NCBI GenBank assembly: GCA_011774835.1
Contig: JAACAK010000049.1
Coordinates: 14,114 to 78,113, forward strand
Direction of reading: 5' to 3'
Origin: Candidatus Kutchimonas denitrificans
GTDB lineage: Bacteria; Gemmatimonadota; Gemmatimonadetes; Palauibacterales; KS3-K002
Length of the DNA: 64,000 nt
In this document: one piece after another, positions 62,134 to 64,000 of the stretch
How positions within the stretch are numbered: position 1 is the first letter of the stretch
Layout: the number at the start of each line of letters is the position of its first letter
Made by a program: the position numbers and the translations under genes
The notes under the pieces: generated by a model
Seen by the model: the letters and a program-made list of their open reading frames with translations, nothing else
What the model was told of the DNA's origin: nothing
Database searches by the model: none

Positions 62134-64000
62134 TCACAGCTCGACCCGCAGCGGTTCCCCGACAGCCGAATCCGCGGTCCGCTCGCCGTCCACGGACACA
62201 GCGAACCGTCCCGCATCGATTTCGATCTCGATCCGCCGACCGCGGAAGGGGAGTTCCGAGAGGCGCAGCGAGTCGAGTTCGAACGGGAAGGGGTCGACGA
62301 CAAACCTATCACCGCCCAACGGCCGGAATCCCGCCACGTATTTGACCAGCAGGTCGACGACCCAGGAGTGCTGGTAGTCGTCGAACCCGCGGTAGAGAGA
62401 GGGGCGGCCGGTGTCCGGGCTGTAATGTTCGTAGCAGTTGGGCCGCCCGAGGTCGCCGTCGTGAAACATCATACGAACGAACTTTCGGACGAGCTCGACG
62501 ACGCGCTCGCGGAGACCCGGGTCTTGGCGGATCGCCGCCGTCGCCAGCGCCTCCACGATGTGCGAGTTGGTCATCGGCCAGACCCGGCCGTTCCACGGGC
62601 AGTTGTGCCGTTTCCCCTTCCATTCAGCGTCCGGACTGTAGTAAGGGTCATCGGCGCTGGTCGAGGGGACGGGATAGACGGTCCAGAACTCCGCCGGGTT
62701 GAGCAGGTGGGCGCGCAGCCCTTCGACGTGGTCGGCGTCGGCCAGGTCGGTGAAGTACGGGTAGAAGCAGACCGCCGCTTTGACCCCGGTTCGACGCATT
62801 GTGCGCGGGTCGACATCGGAGAACATGCCGGTCTCGCCGTCCCACATCAGATCGCGGATCGCGGTGCCGGTCCGGTCGGCGGCGGCGGTCCAGCGACCCG
62901 CGGCGGAGCCGTCGTCGATCCGCGCGGCGATCTCGGCCAGAGCCCGCTGCAGCCGATAAGCGTAGACCGTCGCGTCGATGCCCTTCAACCGGATGAGGTT
63001 ACCCCAGGTCTCGCTGTCCGCCTCGGGGCTCACCGCCATGTAGCGGCTCATGTACTCCTGACCGGTCTCGTAGTGATCGATCACGTCGTAGAGGCCGCTC
63101 TCCTCACGGTCACGCTGCCGATCGAGCCACTCGGCATAGCGCGACAGCGGCTCGTAGACCGCGCGCAGGTAGGCGTCGTCCGGGTGTACCCGATCGACGG
63201 CCAGAACGGCGTCGCCCCAATTCGCGAAGTAGAAGTCGGTGTGCGCCAGGTGGTTCACGTAGATGCGCCCGTGGAGCTGGCCGCTCTCCTTCTGGTGCGC
63301 GAGGATGTTGAGGAGGCAGCCGCGCGCTCGGTCCGGCTGGGAAAGCCAGCGGGTTTCCCGAGCTTGGCATTGCGCGCTATAGGCGATGGGCACGTGGAAG
63401 TAGCCGGTCCCCTCGCAGCAGCCGGGGTAGACATGGTTGCCGATGCCCCCCTCGTGGCTGCAGAGATTCAACCCGTACCAGCGGTAGTACCAGAAGCGCT
63501 CGAAGAATTTGTCCGAACAGTCGAGGCCGGGCACGCCATCCAGGAAGCGACTCCAACTGGCACGGCTCGCCGCTCCGGGCTCGGCCCCCGGCGCCGGACG
63601 CCGGGGCTCGGCCCGCCGCTTGGGCGGCGCATGCCCCCGGATGACCGTCGCCAGGGGGCTGCTCATCTGCGGAGCGGGCAGCCCGGTGGGCCGCAGACGC
63701 GCCTGGGCTCTCAGCGTGGCCGTGCCCCGGGCCGGAACGCTGACCGGGGTGGCCACGGCGGCGTAGAGCACGCCCCGCGGACTCACCCCGTCGACCTGCA
63801 CCGCCGTCACCGGCCCACGTCGCCACTTGTCTGGAAAAGGGGTGAGCTCCCAGCGCGGGCCGTCGGCAACGCCTTCTGACAGCAGCGCACTGCCGGCCAC
63901 TCCGCCGTCGGGCGCCTCCAAAGTCACCTGCACCGCCAGCCGGTGCACGTGCCGGTCCTGCAGCGTGTGGCTGAACGACACCGAGCCCGCCGCCGCCTGG
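62134..64000 (-). CDS. GH63-like (MGH1/trehalase-like) (alpha/alpha)6 glycoside hydrolase; N-terminus runs off the window
   Basis: ..LHGRIYVNH..FYFANWGDA..YETGQEY..KGIDATVYAY..WDGETGMFSD..FYPYFT..YWRGRVW-type CPWNGRVWPMTNSHIVEAL. The frame stays open past GTG 63981 to nt 64000. Confidence 0.8.
   Translation of the reverse strand, partial: QAAAGSVSFSHTLQDRHVHRLAVQVTLEAPDGGVAGSALLSEGVADGPRWELTPFPDKWRRGPVTAVQVDGVSPRGVLYAAVATPVSVPARGTATLRAQARLRPTGLPAPQMSSPLATVIRGHAPPKRRAEPRRPAPGAEPGAASRASWSRFLDGVPGLDCSDKFFERFWYYRWYGLNLCSHEGGIGNHVYPGCCEGTGYFHVPIAYSAQCQARETRWLSQPDRARGCLLNILAHQKESGQLHGRIYVNHLAHTDFYFANWGDAVLAVDRVHPDDAYLRAVYEPLSRYAEWLDRQRDREESGLYDVIDHYETGQEYMSRYMAVSPEADSETWGNLIRLKGIDATVYAYRLQRALAEIAARIDDGSAAGRWTAAADRTGTAIRDLMWDGETGMFSDVDPRTMRRTGVKAAVCFYPYFTDLADADHVEGLRAHLLNPAEFWTVYPVPSTSADDPYYSPDAEWKGKRHNCPWNGRVWPMTNSHIVEALATAAIRQDPGLRERVVELVRKFVRMMFHDGDLGRPNCYEHYSPDTGRPSLYRGFDDYQHSWVVDLLVKYVAGFRPLGGDRFVVDPFPFELDSLRLSELPFRGRRIEIEIDAGRFAVSVDGERTADSAVGEPLRVEL

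Overview
GC-rich bacterial chromosomal window. The gene content (ADOP-type duplicated FtsX permease, TolB-propeller amidohydrolase, many lipoproteins and Omp85-like barrels) suggests a Gemmatimonadota- or Acidobacteriota-like organism; this is inference only. I support about 50 protein-coding genes, 2 pseudogenes or gene fragments, several hairpin terminators, two sigma-54 promoters, a Pho box and three short-period repeat elements. I recognise no rRNA, tRNA, CRISPR array, transposase or integrase.

Layout:
- 1-10.1 kb: an NtrY-like kinase, an NtrC/NtrX-like sigma-54 activator and a DUF4390 gene, interleaved with a metallopeptidase lipoprotein and two Omp85-like barrels.
- 10-13 kb: ADOP permease and rpsU.
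- 13-24 kb: amidohydrolase, DUF3047, SurE, flavoprotein disulfide reductase, Opu-type ABC importer, YdbS/YdbT-like pair.
- 24.4-28.8 kb: pstSCAB-phoU.
- 29-34.7 kb: S9-like propeller protein, NhaC, MBL hydrolase.
- 34.8-44.7 kb: sugar ABC importer plus GT4, GT4 and GT9 glycosyltransferases.
- 49-64 kb: three (alpha/alpha)6 glycosidase-like genes interspersed with small genes.

Most interesting observations:
1. A CopG/DUF411 homologue whose first Cys of the CxCC motif is an in-frame TGA followed by a SECIS-like hairpin. It is either a candidate selenoprotein or a fresh nonsense pseudogene.
2. A sigma-54-driven orphan PilX-like gene flanked by a ~115-nt direct repeat, formed by an orphan 3' fragment of a paralogue.
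3. A dispersed intergenic repeat family with a 19-nt identical core, embedded in GAATCCC/GGGGATTC short tandem and inverted arrays.
4. A heptamer-array hairpin that covers a start codon.
5. A frameshifted orphan hydrogenase-maturation-protease gene.
6. An S9 peptidase homologue lacking the nucleophile Ser.

All calls come from reading the sequence and the ORF track. No database search, folding-energy calculation or statistics were run. Most long antisense ORFs in the track are GC-driven shadow ORFs and were rejected.
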